Below are positions 10,839-23,000 of a DNA stretch of 64,000 nucleotides, piece after piece. Under the pieces are notes generated by a model. That model made no database searches, had not been told where the DNA came from, and saw nothing but the letters and a program-made list of their open reading frames with translations. The position numbers and the translations under genes were made by a program. Where the stretch lies: positions 1,302,001 to 1,366,000 of the forward strand of contig BQFW01000014.1 of NCBI GenBank assembly GCA_020891255.1. Direction: 5' to 3'. Source of the stretch: Entomortierella parvispora E1425 (Eukaryota > Fungi > Mortierellomycota). Numbering within the stretch: the first letter of the stretch is position 1; the number at the start of each line of letters is the position of its first letter.

Positions 10839-12462
10839 TTAACGGCTGCAAGAGACTGGATAGATATGAGGAATATCTTGAAGTCGCTTGTCATCCAAAC
10901 CAGGGTTATTTGACAAATGTCCGTTAAGATGATGATGAGAAGGCGTCGAAGAAGAGGAAGAAGAGGACGAGGACGAGGAAGACCTCTGCGTCATCAATCT
11001 AGACTCCAACAGACTGGCCTTCTCTTGCAAAACCCTGTTCCGTTTTTCGAGATGCTTGATGAAATCCACGGCCTTGAACAGAATGGTTGATTTTGACGAG
11101 TTGACATCCTTGAGGTCGGGGATGATATCCGTCATGTCCTTGAACCCATTCCGGATCGTGTTTCTTCGTTTTTGTTCAGATGCAATATGGTTCGCCCTCT
11201 TTTCCTCTTCTGTCAACAGTTCCTTGTAGGGCTTTCGTTTTGTGGTCGTGCCGTTTCCATTGCTTCCATTGGCTTGACCATTGGCCGTATCCGAAATGGA
11301 GCCATCCTCAGATACAGATCTGGCATTGCGTTCCCGACCGTTCTCTTCATGATCGCGCGACCTCCGGGAGGGGGACGCGGCCGAGACGGGGGAAGAGGAC
11401 GATGTTGGGTGCTCCTCCTCATCCCGCTTGTTCTTCTTTTTAGGGTTTGAGGTCTCCCCGTTGCTAGCGCCATTGCCAGCATTATTGTTGAGCGAGAGTT
11501 TGGAGAGTTGCTGGATAGGGGTCGAGATCTTGCTGGAGTCCAATTGATTTGAAGGGGTGCCCTTCCTGGCCAGGATCTCTGCTGCTGTCGCCTTGTTGGT
11601 CTTTCTCTTGGCTGGCACCGAGACAGGGGCAGAGGCCCCATTGTTGGTATAATGTGAAGGCGAGCCAGGCGAAGTGGGAGCGTCTCCTTGTTGCTGCTGA
11701 GGTGAGGATGGGAAGCCGCCACGGTTGTAGTGGGTCGACATGCTGGCTCCGTTTCCAAAACTGGACTGGGACGAGGGCGAGGTCATGTCAAAGTCCATGG
11801 AATGACTTGTATGCATCATCCCAGTGTGCATCTGCTGCTGCTGCTGCTGCTGTTGCTGTGATGACGGTGAGACTCCAGGGGGCAGCATGTAGGTGCTCTC
11901 CAAACCCAAACCGCCAGGCATCGTCTCGGGTGAGAACAAGGGCAAATTGGGCAGGTTGGGTATTGAAGAAGGGTCAAAAGTAAAGTCCTGGTCGACGACC
12001 AAGGTATCCAAGAACTCGGAAAAGTAGCGTTGTTCCGAAGGGTTAAACAACTGCAATGAAGGATCGGCGCCGGCGATTGGAGGCGGCGACGTTGGCAAAT
12101 TGAGAAAGTCCTGGTTCGAGAAGCGGAAGTCTACGATACGTGACATTGGAGGACAGAGCGGGATAAAGGGATAGAGGGATAGAGGGATAAGAAGAGGAGA
12201 GAGATAGATAGAGGCAAAGCACATTGCAAGAAGAAGAACAGTGAGTACAAAAAGATAGAAACAAAAACAACAACAGAGCACAGGCAAAGAGACAAGACCA
12301 AATATCAAGTCAGGCGGAAGGCGAGGTGGATGGAGCATGCCGTGACGGGATTCATGCCTTACCTTCGAATGCAAGAGGCTCGCCAAAGAGACCCTGGCTC
12401 GGCGCAGAAAAGGTCAGGGGCGATGGGGGTCTGAACCCCGAGTCGGTATTAAACATGTTCAT
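10839..12462 (-). CDS. bHLH transcription factor (INO2/INO4/Mlx-like), 2 exons, about 463 aa
   Basis: Exon 1 12462-12363 (MNMFNTDSG...LAFE) splices in phase 1 over intron 12362-12131 to exon 2. bHLH KRANHIASEQKRRNTIRNGFKDMTDIIPDL...SKSTILFKAVDFIKHL; poly-Q tract. Confidence 0.88.
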
Positions 12463-13994
12463 GGCCGGAGGAAGGGATGGATCGAGGAGGGGAACGGAGG
12501 GTGTTCAGATTGAAAATGTTTTTTTTCCCAGGATTGGACGCAGTTGCAAGGTGGCAGTCCGAGGCTAGAAAATGTGCTGGGAGTTGGCAATGGGACGGAA
12601 AGGAACGAAGGGAAGGGGGAAAGGGAAGGAAGGGTGTGTTCAGGGGCAGGGAGGACAAAGAGTGAAAGAGAGAAGGAGCAGGGAGGAGTGAAGGCGTAGA
12701 CACTGAAGGTGCTGGAGGGACGCAGAGGAGTCGGAGGTACTGTCTGTGAGCAGGAGTTGGTTCGTTGGAAGAGATGGAGGTAGACAGAAGGAGAAGGAGG
12801 AGGAGGAAGAGAGTGAGGAAGGTCGGTGTATGGATGAACGATGGACGGATGGACGGATGGAGAAGGTGGACGTAGAGAATGGAGAAAGAAAGAAGAACGG
12901 GTGGAGTGGAGGAGATGGAAAAAAAAAAAAAAAAAAAAGAGAGAGAGCCAAGGACGACTGCATAGAATGGGTTACATCACCTAGAAGCCCATTTCCCCGT
13001 CTATTGTATTCTGTAGGCAGTCGATGCCCGCCGTGATTGGTCAAGGCGTCCCCTTCTCTGCTCTTTTCGGTGCTTGCTGCCTCTGCGGCCTTTACCCCAG
13101 GTCGACTATGTGGAGAGCCAAGTGGGGGGTGCCATTCCGGAGTCAACCTGCAGCCGCTGCAGTCGACATAGCCTCCGCAATATACCCTGCTCCCGAGCAC
13201 AGCTCAAGCCAAGGAGAGGCCCTTGCCCTACCATTTGCTTGCAGCATTCTGCCACTTTGTGGGATGCCTTTGTCTGTTGGCTATCTGTTGGCTATCTGTC
13301 GGCGGTGATCTCTTGTTGCTAGCGCAGCTCGTGGCGAGCTACAACTGTGCGCCCTTGTGTATTTGTTGAGTCCACGCGTGGAATTGAAAGGGCTTTTGAT
13401 ATAAAAAGGTGGCCACGGACAAGGTCATCCATCGTCCGAACAGACCAGGGCTAAAAACACAAAGACAGTCCTGTCTCGCGTCGCTGTCGTTGCTGATTGG
13501 CCAGAGAATCACCCTCATAAAATATAAAATGGAAGGTAGGTACTGGCCCAACGTATGAGACGGGCGAGTGGAGTCTGGACAGGCAGTGTGGAAGGTGGAA
13601 CGAGGCGGTGAACTCTCTGCGCCCGTTGGGCTCACATTTGACCTCGCTCTGTCTCTGCGGGAAGAACAGGTCAAAGGTTAGAGTGGGTCTTGTTTGGTGC
13701 AATTGCGACGTGTCTTCTTTCGACGTCAAACAGGTGAATAACCTTGTCTCTCCTCTCCACTTGCTCCCGCCTCTGCTCTCTTTTAGATATTTCTCCTTCT
13801 CCCCCCTCACTGCTGCTGCTGGAATCAGCGGAGGAGAGATGGTCTTTTTTGGCTAAGCGTTACTTGCTCGGTGCCCCTGCTCCTATGCTGGTGCCGACTC
13901 GAAAAGGCACGGTCCTTGAAAACAGAGCGTTCCTCACAGACAATCGAGATTTGACAAAAGTTGCAATAAAAAATAAAACTAGAATTAAAGTGAA

Positions 13995-14005
13995 CACGTG
14001 ACTCA
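13995..14005 (+). promoter_or_regulatory. Overlapping E-box (CACGTG) and AP-1/Gcn4 site (TGACTCA)
   Basis: Sequence cacgtgactca about 285 bp upstream of the bZIP start, in the divergent bHLH/bZIP intergenic region; motif match only. Confidence 0.4.
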
Positions 14006-14289
14006 CCTTTAATTGCAATTTGCAACTGTGGAGAAAAATGGTGAAAGGCATGGACCCTTGCCCATTCCATTCCATTCACACTCCCACACTCTCAAACACA
14101 TCCGAACCCCATTTTGCACATCACTGTCCTTGGCTCCCCCCTCGACTGAGCACCCTGGTGTGGAACAAAAAGACGGGCCCATCAACACCCACAATTTCTT
14201 ACGGGCATACAATCCCCAAAAGAAACAAGCACCTGCTCCATTGAAACGTCCATTCCCCTGGAGAAAAGATAGCAAACAAAATCTCTGAA

Positions 14290-16468
14290 ATGACCTCGAC
14301 CATGCGCCACGCTCCGCAACAGTTCAGGATCATTCAGCAAGAGTTTGGCCGCAAGGACAAGAGACCCTGTCCGAGCAACCGCCAGACGGGTAAAGGTAGG
14401 CGCTTGTTCTTCCGCCCTCGCAGTTTTTATTGCAGAGTCATGTTGCGCAAGCAAAGCAAGATATGCATCCTTGACCACATGAGATGCTCTCTGTTTTCTC
14501 GCCTTCCTTCTTCTCTGGCACAAAAGAAGCACAAACACAAATTAACTTCTTTGGTTCTGTTGACACCTGTTCCATTGTAGCACAAGCATCGACGAGGGAT
14601 GATGACGAGGAGGCCTTTGAAGATGAGCAGGATGGAAACTCGAGCCACAGCACCGACAACGCGACGGGAGAGAACAAAGGACGAAAGAAACCAGGCAGAA
14701 AGCCTAATCCTGCCTCGCCAGCTGTCCGTAAGGAGCAGAACAGGGCTGCCCAACGCGCCTTCCGGGATCGAAAGGAAAGACACCTGCAGGAGATGGAAAC
14801 AACCATCAAGACCCTCAAGGAAACCAATGAGCAGTCTGTGGCCCAATCGCAACAACTGAAGAGCACCATCGATACGCTGCAAAGCGAGAACTTTTACTTG
14901 AGAGAGGTTGTGTTTTCGTTTGAGAATGCATTGAGCAAGACTGGAAACGCTGTCATCCTACAGGAGGTCAAGGCAGAGCTTTACCGGCGCCACTATGAGA
15001 AACATTCAACCAGGAAGATCGACAATCCCACTCCACCATCAGTAACCACGGCTGCGGCTGCTGGGAACGTGTCGGCAACAACCTCGGGCGCTCCGTCCTC
15101 CTCGTTCCAACTGTCTTTTATTCCTACTCGTATTGGAGGAGGAGCGACCGCTTCGACAACAAATGGATTCGACAACGCTGCAAATACGCACTCTCATACC
15201 TCTACGCGACCACTCGATGAGCCAATGACGGCTGTTTTGACGCCAGCTGTTCACACCACATGTCGGACAGGTTCGGCCATTCCTCCAATGCCAGGAATGA
15301 ACACACCTACGCCCGGTTCTGCCAACACAGTCTCGTCCTGGCAGAGATCTAGTCATCTGAGCGATCTTCCCATGTTCAGCATGAACAGTGAGATTCTCTA
15401 TAAAGCGCCACCTATGTTTGGTCAGCCTCATTTCCATGCTCCCGACCGCAGGATTCTCGAGAGCGCCGCTGCACCTTTGGAATATGAACGCCAAAATCGC
15501 GACAGTCCAATGGAGCAAAGTCAGCCGAAATCTACGGTCGACGAAGGGGGCCTTGCTTCAACCGTATATTCCGGACACGTCTCGGTCTTTGATGAACTTC
15601 AGTCCTCGCTCTTCCCTCCGGGCACATTGCAGTCCATCATCCATACCAGTCTTGCCACCCCTCAAGAAATTGTGAATGACATTCCGTTGTTGGACCAGCT
15701 TCACGACCCTCGATCATCTCCTCACAAAGACCCTCTGATTGCACCGAGCCAAAATACTGCCCACTTTCAGTTTGACTCTTCAACGCCGTCATCAACTCCC
15801 TCGACAGGAGCATCGTCTTCTCCTTTCCCAGACTCGAGCAGTTCGTTCTTGGATGACGACGAGATTAACGAGTTCCGAATGTCTACACCCACGTTGGGGT
15901 TGGATGATGGATTGAAGCAGGAGGTGATCCCCAGCTACAGGTTGCAGTTGGAGATTCGTGTTTTGGCGTCGGCACCACCCGCTGTAGATCCCAACATTGA
16001 TCCCAAGATCTATGCCCTGCCTCACGATTCCCGTATCGACCTGATACCCTGTCCCAAACTCAGGTACGTTCTCACAACTTTTGCTCGTAGGTACTTGTCC
16101 GAACGACCTTCACTCACAGCATTGTTTATATTTCTCTAGAGCACAAATGATTCTACAGCAAAACAGATATCATATCGAGGAACTATGCGACTTGCTCATT
16201 GCCGAGGCCAAATGTCATGGCCATCCTCTGGACCCCCACAGTTGGGAACTGCCCGATGCGTTCTTTGACCGCTATGGATTCTTGCTAGGCGAGGAAATGC
16301 TCCGTCATCGTAACAAGATCTGGCCCAAGAAAGATGAGCCTCTGCAGGGTAAGCTGCTTAACAGGACTTTTTGGCTCTTGTAATTGAATGCAAAGAGTGA
16401 TCATTAACCGCCTTCTCTCGCCTCTTTCTTCATTTCCACCACCCACAGAGGTGTCTAGAGCGCACTGA
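14290..16468 (+). CDS. Yap/AP-1-like bZIP transcription factor with a C-terminal DUF3425-like domain, 4 exons
   Basis: RKKPGRKP...RKEQNRAAQRAFRDRKERHLQEME basic zipper; C-terminal HDSRIDLIPCPKLRAQMIL...CHGHPLDPHSWELPDAFFDRYGFLL. Introns 14390-14580, 16064-16139 and one near 16349-16448. Confidence 0.9.
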
Positions 16469-16698
16469 ACAACTGCTGCTTTCCGTCTCTCTCTTTTTTT
16501 TTTTTGTATTTTACCTGGTCATCTTCTCGAATTCAATCGAAAACACACCCGATCCCCACCCTCCTAATGTTGTATCTTTACCTGGCCTTCCTTATATCCT
16601 TTCTCCCCTCATTTTCCTTTACAGAAAATAAATATATCCTTCGGCTTTTCCTTTGAATAACATGATTATATATTGGGAGGATGAAAGTCAAAAATATG

Positions 16699-17020
16699 TC
16701 AACAAGGTTGGCCCGCTGGCTCCTCGCTGTCTAAGGTATCCATAGAAATCTGTTCAAAATCTTGTCCAATCTCAAAAATCGCGCCGCCTACCACCGTCCT
16801 CACGGTCCTGTCGTTGGTGTGACCACTGGCAGAAACAGAGGCGACCACAAGGCCGTCTTGCAGAGGAAGGATGTCTGACCCGAGATGAAGATTGGGATGA
16901 AGACTTCCCGGAAGCGTCCCACGTGCATTGTGGTTGGAGTTTGTAGAAGCCATCGAAGATATCTCCCGACCCTCTTCCATCATCAAGTCCTCCTCATCCA
17001 TGACCTCTTCCTCTTCTTCG

Positions 17021-17052
<32 letters not shown>

Positions 17053-20000
17053 GCCCATCTCTCCCTCTTCCTCTTCATCCTCCTCATCCTCGTCCTGATC
17101 CCATCCAGTTCGATTTTGGGGCTCAATGTTGACCAATTTCTCATATTCAGAATCAACATATGCGATCCAAGGCGACTCACTATTCAGCATGAGCAGAAAC
17201 CAGCGTTAGTGGGGTGGGGATAGAAACCTAATAAGACAAAAAAAACAAGGGCACCAGTAAACATTAGCTTACCGGATGGTGGCCAATAAGGCCTTTTCCT
17301 TTCGCTGCTCCTCCAACAATGCGCATCGCATCATGGACAGGCGCCTCTTTCGACGCTTTTCCTTTGATCGAGCTCGTTTCTGATCCTTGACCACCGCCGC
17401 GGCCGCAGATGCTGCTGCTACCGCCGCCGCTGCAGAGACCACAGCCGCATCAGAAGCCGGCATGCCCATGTGGGTGGCCTGATCCGATTCGGATCCAGAC
17501 CCGTGTCCACCAATGGCCCTGTCATTGCCACCGCTGAAGCTTTGGTATCGAAGGCGGGAGACCTTTTTGAGCTCTGTGCGGGCGGGCTTGGTGACCGACT
17601 CGACTCCGAGGCCGATACATGCCTGCTGCTGTTGCTGTTGCTGTTGCTGTAGAGGCGATGGGTGCTGCTGAGGATCACCCATTTCGACGTCTTCATGGGA
17701 TAAGGCAGAGGCAGACATGGAAGTCCTGTCTCGGTCTTCTAAGGAATTGCCTCGCGACAACCAGACTTCGCCTTCGATGGGATCCACCTCGATAAAACCA
17801 CTACCACCCGCGCTGGTGTGCAATTGGCCTTCCATGTCATCTCCGTCGTCCTCTGCAGAAAGGTCATCCTCTTCATCCTCATCGTCGTCATTGTCATCAT
17901 CATCTTCGTCGTCCTCCTCATCGTCCTCGTCGTCATCTTCCTCATCGTCATCTTCCTCCTCATCATCCTCATCTCCGAAAATCTCATCCCCGGCTGCGAC
18001 TTCCTCCCAAGCCGCATCCGCAGCCCGTTGCATCGCAATATGTTGTTGCCGCATGCGGATCTGGTGTTGATGAGCCTCAAAGGATCGCCATCGAACCACA
18101 TTGCAAAATAGGTCGATAAAGGGTCCTGCTTGACCACATTGCTTCAGATCCGAAAGTCGCACCAGACCCGTTTCCTTGGGACTGACCAAATCTTGCATTT
18201 GACAAATGGCATCCCGGAAACCAAACGATTCCATCCCCAAAATCGCCATTCGGGTGGCCTGTTCCTGAAAGAGTTGCTCGAGCTCAAAGACAGTGAGGAT
18301 ACCGTCTCCATCCAGATCCATGCATCGGAACCAGTATTCGATGGATGTAGTCGTCTGCTTATCTGTCTCCGCCAACAGGAACCAAATAAACCCCTTGTAG
18401 GTCATCCGGTAATTTTGAGGCCGGCATTGACTGCCAGGGCCCGGGGGAATGGTGCGTCCGCTCGTCATGGAGTTCAGAGTTGTTGACGGGCCACCGATGG
18501 TTGGACTCATCAGCGGCATTCCCAGAGGGTTGGCGAGGGATGCAAAGGAACTGGGGACATTTTCCTGAATTAGACCCAAAGGCGCTGACTGGGTCATGGA
18601 AGATTGATCAGATGACAACTCCACCATCGATGAAAGAGTCATGGTAGCCGAGCGCCTCAAGGTTCCACCAGTCTCATCCACAGTAGCTTCCTCCATGGGC
18701 ACTGTGGTTTCGAAGCCTGAAGACACGCTGTTCTCAATGTCCATTTGGTTCAACAACACTGCATCACTACCTCCCGATCCATCATGTTGCTGTTGCTGAA
18801 GCAACATTTGCTGTTGTAGCTGCTGCTGCTGATGCTGACGATGTTGCTGTTGTTGGAGAAGCAGTTGCTGCTGTTGGATCATCAAGAGCTGTTGCTGCTG
18901 TTGTTGTTGGAGCAACAGTTCCTGATCTGGCACCATAAACATGCCCGTCTCGTTTCCATAGCCCTGCATGACCCGACGAATGATTCGCGTCGAGATGGCT
19001 CCAGAAGAGTATGTAGCCAAATCTTGCTCATCCAAAATCAAATCATGATCCTGATCCAGTTCCCAAAACTTGCAGTAAATCACATAAAAGTGCTTGTAAG
19101 AGAAGCAATCCTCTGTTTGGTTCAAATCACTGTTCTCGAGCTTTCGAAGTGTCTTGTCGAAATTGCTCCGGCGGAGGTCCGCAAGCGTCATCTTGCCATG
19201 GCGACGGTTCGCATCATAAAAGATACGCGTGATTACGGTCTCGACTATGGTAGGGAAACCAAAGAGGGTTGGGTTTTGTTATAGTTAGTTAATTGATATA
19301 GAGTCTGGCTTTCTAACCTCCTTGCCCGTTCCAATTGATCAAGGCATTCCTGCAATGTCAGACACATACGGTATCGTTCTTGAAAAACAGCATTGCCTGC
19401 CAGAAACTCGAGTCCCGGATGAAACAATACCAGGTCCTGCAAAACCACTTCGAAATCCGTCGGTGTGATGTAGTTTACTCCCGGCTGCTTCAAGATGGTA
19501 TAGATCTAGGTTCAAAGAACAGAATATAGCCATGTCTGCCATCAGCCTTTGCTTTCCATCTTTTATACAACCTCACAAGTGAGAGAGCCTTACCATTGAA
19601 ATCTCATCCGGGCAGGTCTCCACTAGAGACGACCAAGCACGCTCAAACTCTTGGAATCGAACCTCATTACTTCCAGAAATATCCACCTTTCGAAACAAGG
19701 CTCGATTCATGTACCGCGGCAACTCGCAGCATTGGATCGTGATGGACACAAAGCCATCCTCTCCTAGAATTCCTCCATCACTGACTGCAAAGATTTCTTT
19801 GGACTTTGTCTATGAAGAGAGGATACACACGCGTCATTTTAGTTTCTTTCGCCTCTTATCATTCTTGTAGAGACCAAGAGGTTGATGGAGGTATATGCTT
19901 ACCACTGCATTATGAGTTCTCTGACGGCGCTTTGATGCCGACACGGGTTTGCCCATGGGAAAGTAAAAGGGAGGAATGACATAGTCGCTAGGCGGTGCAG

Positions 20001-23000
20001 CAGCAGCTCCTTCGGATCCACCAGCAGACTTTGAGCGATTCATCATAGCTGTAGGACTACTGTCCGACGACGACCCTCCCTGCTGCTGGAAACTTCCGTG
20101 CAGGTTGGGTAGACTGGTCTTCTTTTTTAGCTGCAATTTTTTGCCTGGAACACTATTGTTGCGTTTCCGTCTCAATTTGAATCCGCTTGACGTCTGACTC
20201 GAGGCTGAATGGGCTTGCTCTGCATCCGGATCCTGCTGTGCCTGTTGCTGCTGTTTCATATCCTGCTCCTGTAGGGCCAATTGTTGCTGGAAGGGATCTG
20301 TTTCCGTCATGGGCTGGTCCGAGTCAGTGCCAGTCAGTACATGGTTCTTGGGGTTCTTGGGGTTCTTGGTATCGGTGCCTACCGCCAAACTCAAAAGCGC
20401 AGGGTTGATCGTCTCCAAGTCCTCTGGCTTTGAGCCCATGGCCTTCTCCTCTAAGGACTGCGAAACTGCTGCCGGTGCCTGCTGTTCAAAATCCATCATG
20501 GTCAGAGCCACAATTCCCTGGGCGTTGCGAATCGTGTCCGGGGAGGTGAGATCTACCTGCTCGAGATGCATGTCCTCAGCTGGTTGGAAGAACGACAATC
20601 CGGATTTCAATTCTCTTGTAGCTGGCTCCTTTTGGACTCTTCTCCAGTCTTCTTTAGGCTCTACAGTCACCAAGGACTCCTCTGTCACTCTTTCACTCGA
20701 GGTGGACTTGCTTACGTTAAGAATGGGATTTTTCTCTGGCGCTGTGGTCATCTCTGCATCGTTCATATCTCCTGTCTGTCGACCATCCGACAAGGCAGAG
20801 ACCTGAACATCCGTCATTGACACTACCACTGGAGGCGTACCACTGTTCGCAACTGTCGACTTTACGGGTACAGTCGTTTTTTGATCCACATCCATTGGTG
20901 AAAATCCCGAGGACATAATAGGGGACGCGCTTTGAGACGACGAGGGCGGCGACGACTGTGATGTTGATGACAACGATTCCAGGAGTGATTTCAGCGGTTG
21001 AGACATGTTTTTTTTGTCTATCTTGCCTTTGAGATTGTTGTCACTCTTGCTGCTGGAAAGACATGGCCTTCTCAAAGGCCTCATGGACCGCGTAGGAGTC
21101 AGTGGGATGGTAGTTGTGAGTGTCGATCCTCCCAATCGAATTGAACGTCCATTCCCAGAGTCGGAGGTTGGAGACAACACTGGTGTCGTAGACGAGGACG
21201 ATAGAATAGGTGAAGGCGAGGTTGGTGTGTTGGGTGAAGATTGAGTCGAACTTGGAGCCGATTGCGTTATAGCTCCAGCCGATGACAAGGCCGGGGTCGA
21301 GGTAGCCCTAATGGACGCTCGTAGGATATCTGCATCTGTTGAAGTAGGCGTATCAGGGTCAGTTTTTTCAGTTGCTACAAGTTGGAGCTCCCATGTAGAC
21401 ACTCCCATAGACAAAGATCTTGGCAGTTTGTTGACTAGTTCCCACTTACATGAAAGTTGACCTGATGCAAGAATTGGAGCTGACCGACTTCTTCGCAAGA
21501 CATGCAATGATACGCCATCGCCGCTACTCTTCCCAGACAATCCAGAGGTGGATGCCTGGGTCGTGCCGGACGACCCTGATCCATTATTACTACTTTGCGA
21601 TGCCCCTCCTCTTGTATTCACCCCACCTCCTGCAACACCGATGCTTCCTCCTGTCATGGATCCGCCAGCTCCAGCTTTTCTGTTAAATATCGTGTTGGAA
21701 ACAGCCTTTCTCCCTGTGCGATCTCCAGCATCTTTGGTCACTGTTTGCCCCCGTAGATGCCATTGCCTCTTGGCAGGATTGGACTCTGACGAAGAGGGCG
21801 ACTGTGATTGTTTAAGCTTGAAAGCACTTCGTAATGTTGGCGAGGCCTGTTTGGTTTGTTGTGAGTGGGTTTTTGGACTGGTTCGTTGAAGGGGTTGACT
21901 CGTAGATTCTTTTGGCATCCCGCTTGACAATAACGCAGATTTGTAAGGCAGTACGGGTGATGTCCGGATGACCCGGTCCTGTATTTGCTCACTCAACGAC
22001 CATGCTTCGAATTCTAAAGACGCGTGTAAAGGGCAGTTAGCTCGTAAAACAAGAGACTTGATAAGAACCGTCGCAGTCCCTTCCCCCCCCCCCCCCCCCC
22101 TGACTGCCAGTTACACAGCGGTACCTTTCTTGTCCAATGCAGAGAGGACAACATGCTGGTTTGTTTCCTTTTTTCGAGAAGGGCTCAGTGGAGGCGTCGC
22201 AGACAGTCCTGAATGACTTCCTGGAGAAAGAGCTTGTGAGGGCGACCGAGGCGTTTGTGAAAAATTGGGTGATGCGGAGGATGTCGATGGTGAAGCGGCC
22301 AAGACTGATGAATATAGCAATGGACTTTTCTCGGTGTGAGAGGATGACCGGTCAGGGGACAACCCTCCTGAGAGACGTGTTAGTGAATTCGATGTAGGTG
22401 ACTGGACCAAGACCACTGGAGGCGCCAAACGTGGAGCGCCATTGTCTGTTTCGCCACATTGAAAGAGGGAGTCGACTGTGGTGGTACTCTCAGAACTCAT
22501 AGAGGCACTCTTGTATAGTGTTTCATGCGCATCTAGCGCAGTGGCTCGCAGGGGTGGGGAGGTGGACAGGGCCGAGGACAAAGAGGAGACCTGATTTGGA
22601 GGGCTGAACGAACGTTTGTTCAGGAAGAATGGAGATAAAGAAGGGGAGTTGTCTTTTTCCGCCTCTGGATGTAATTCAGAATGGGAGGACGAGAAGGGCG
22701 AGGATGGGGACGTTGACATAAGGGTAGATTCCTGAAGTGCCTGTCCTGTCGTTCGGGATGATGACAATGTGCTCTTTTTGCCACTACTGCCCTTGACTTT
22801 AGGGATGTCGCGTGCCTGACTCTGAAATCCAATAATAACAGGGTGGTTGCTTGTCCCACCCGAGGAACTCGGGGATTGTCCAGAACTGGATCGTGGCCAT
22901 ACTTGTTCTCCTTGATGAGGTGATGTTCCTAATCCATCGTCGGCATGCCGACTAGGTTTCTTTCCAGACTTGCTCTTGACCTTTGGAGAAAGACTCATGT

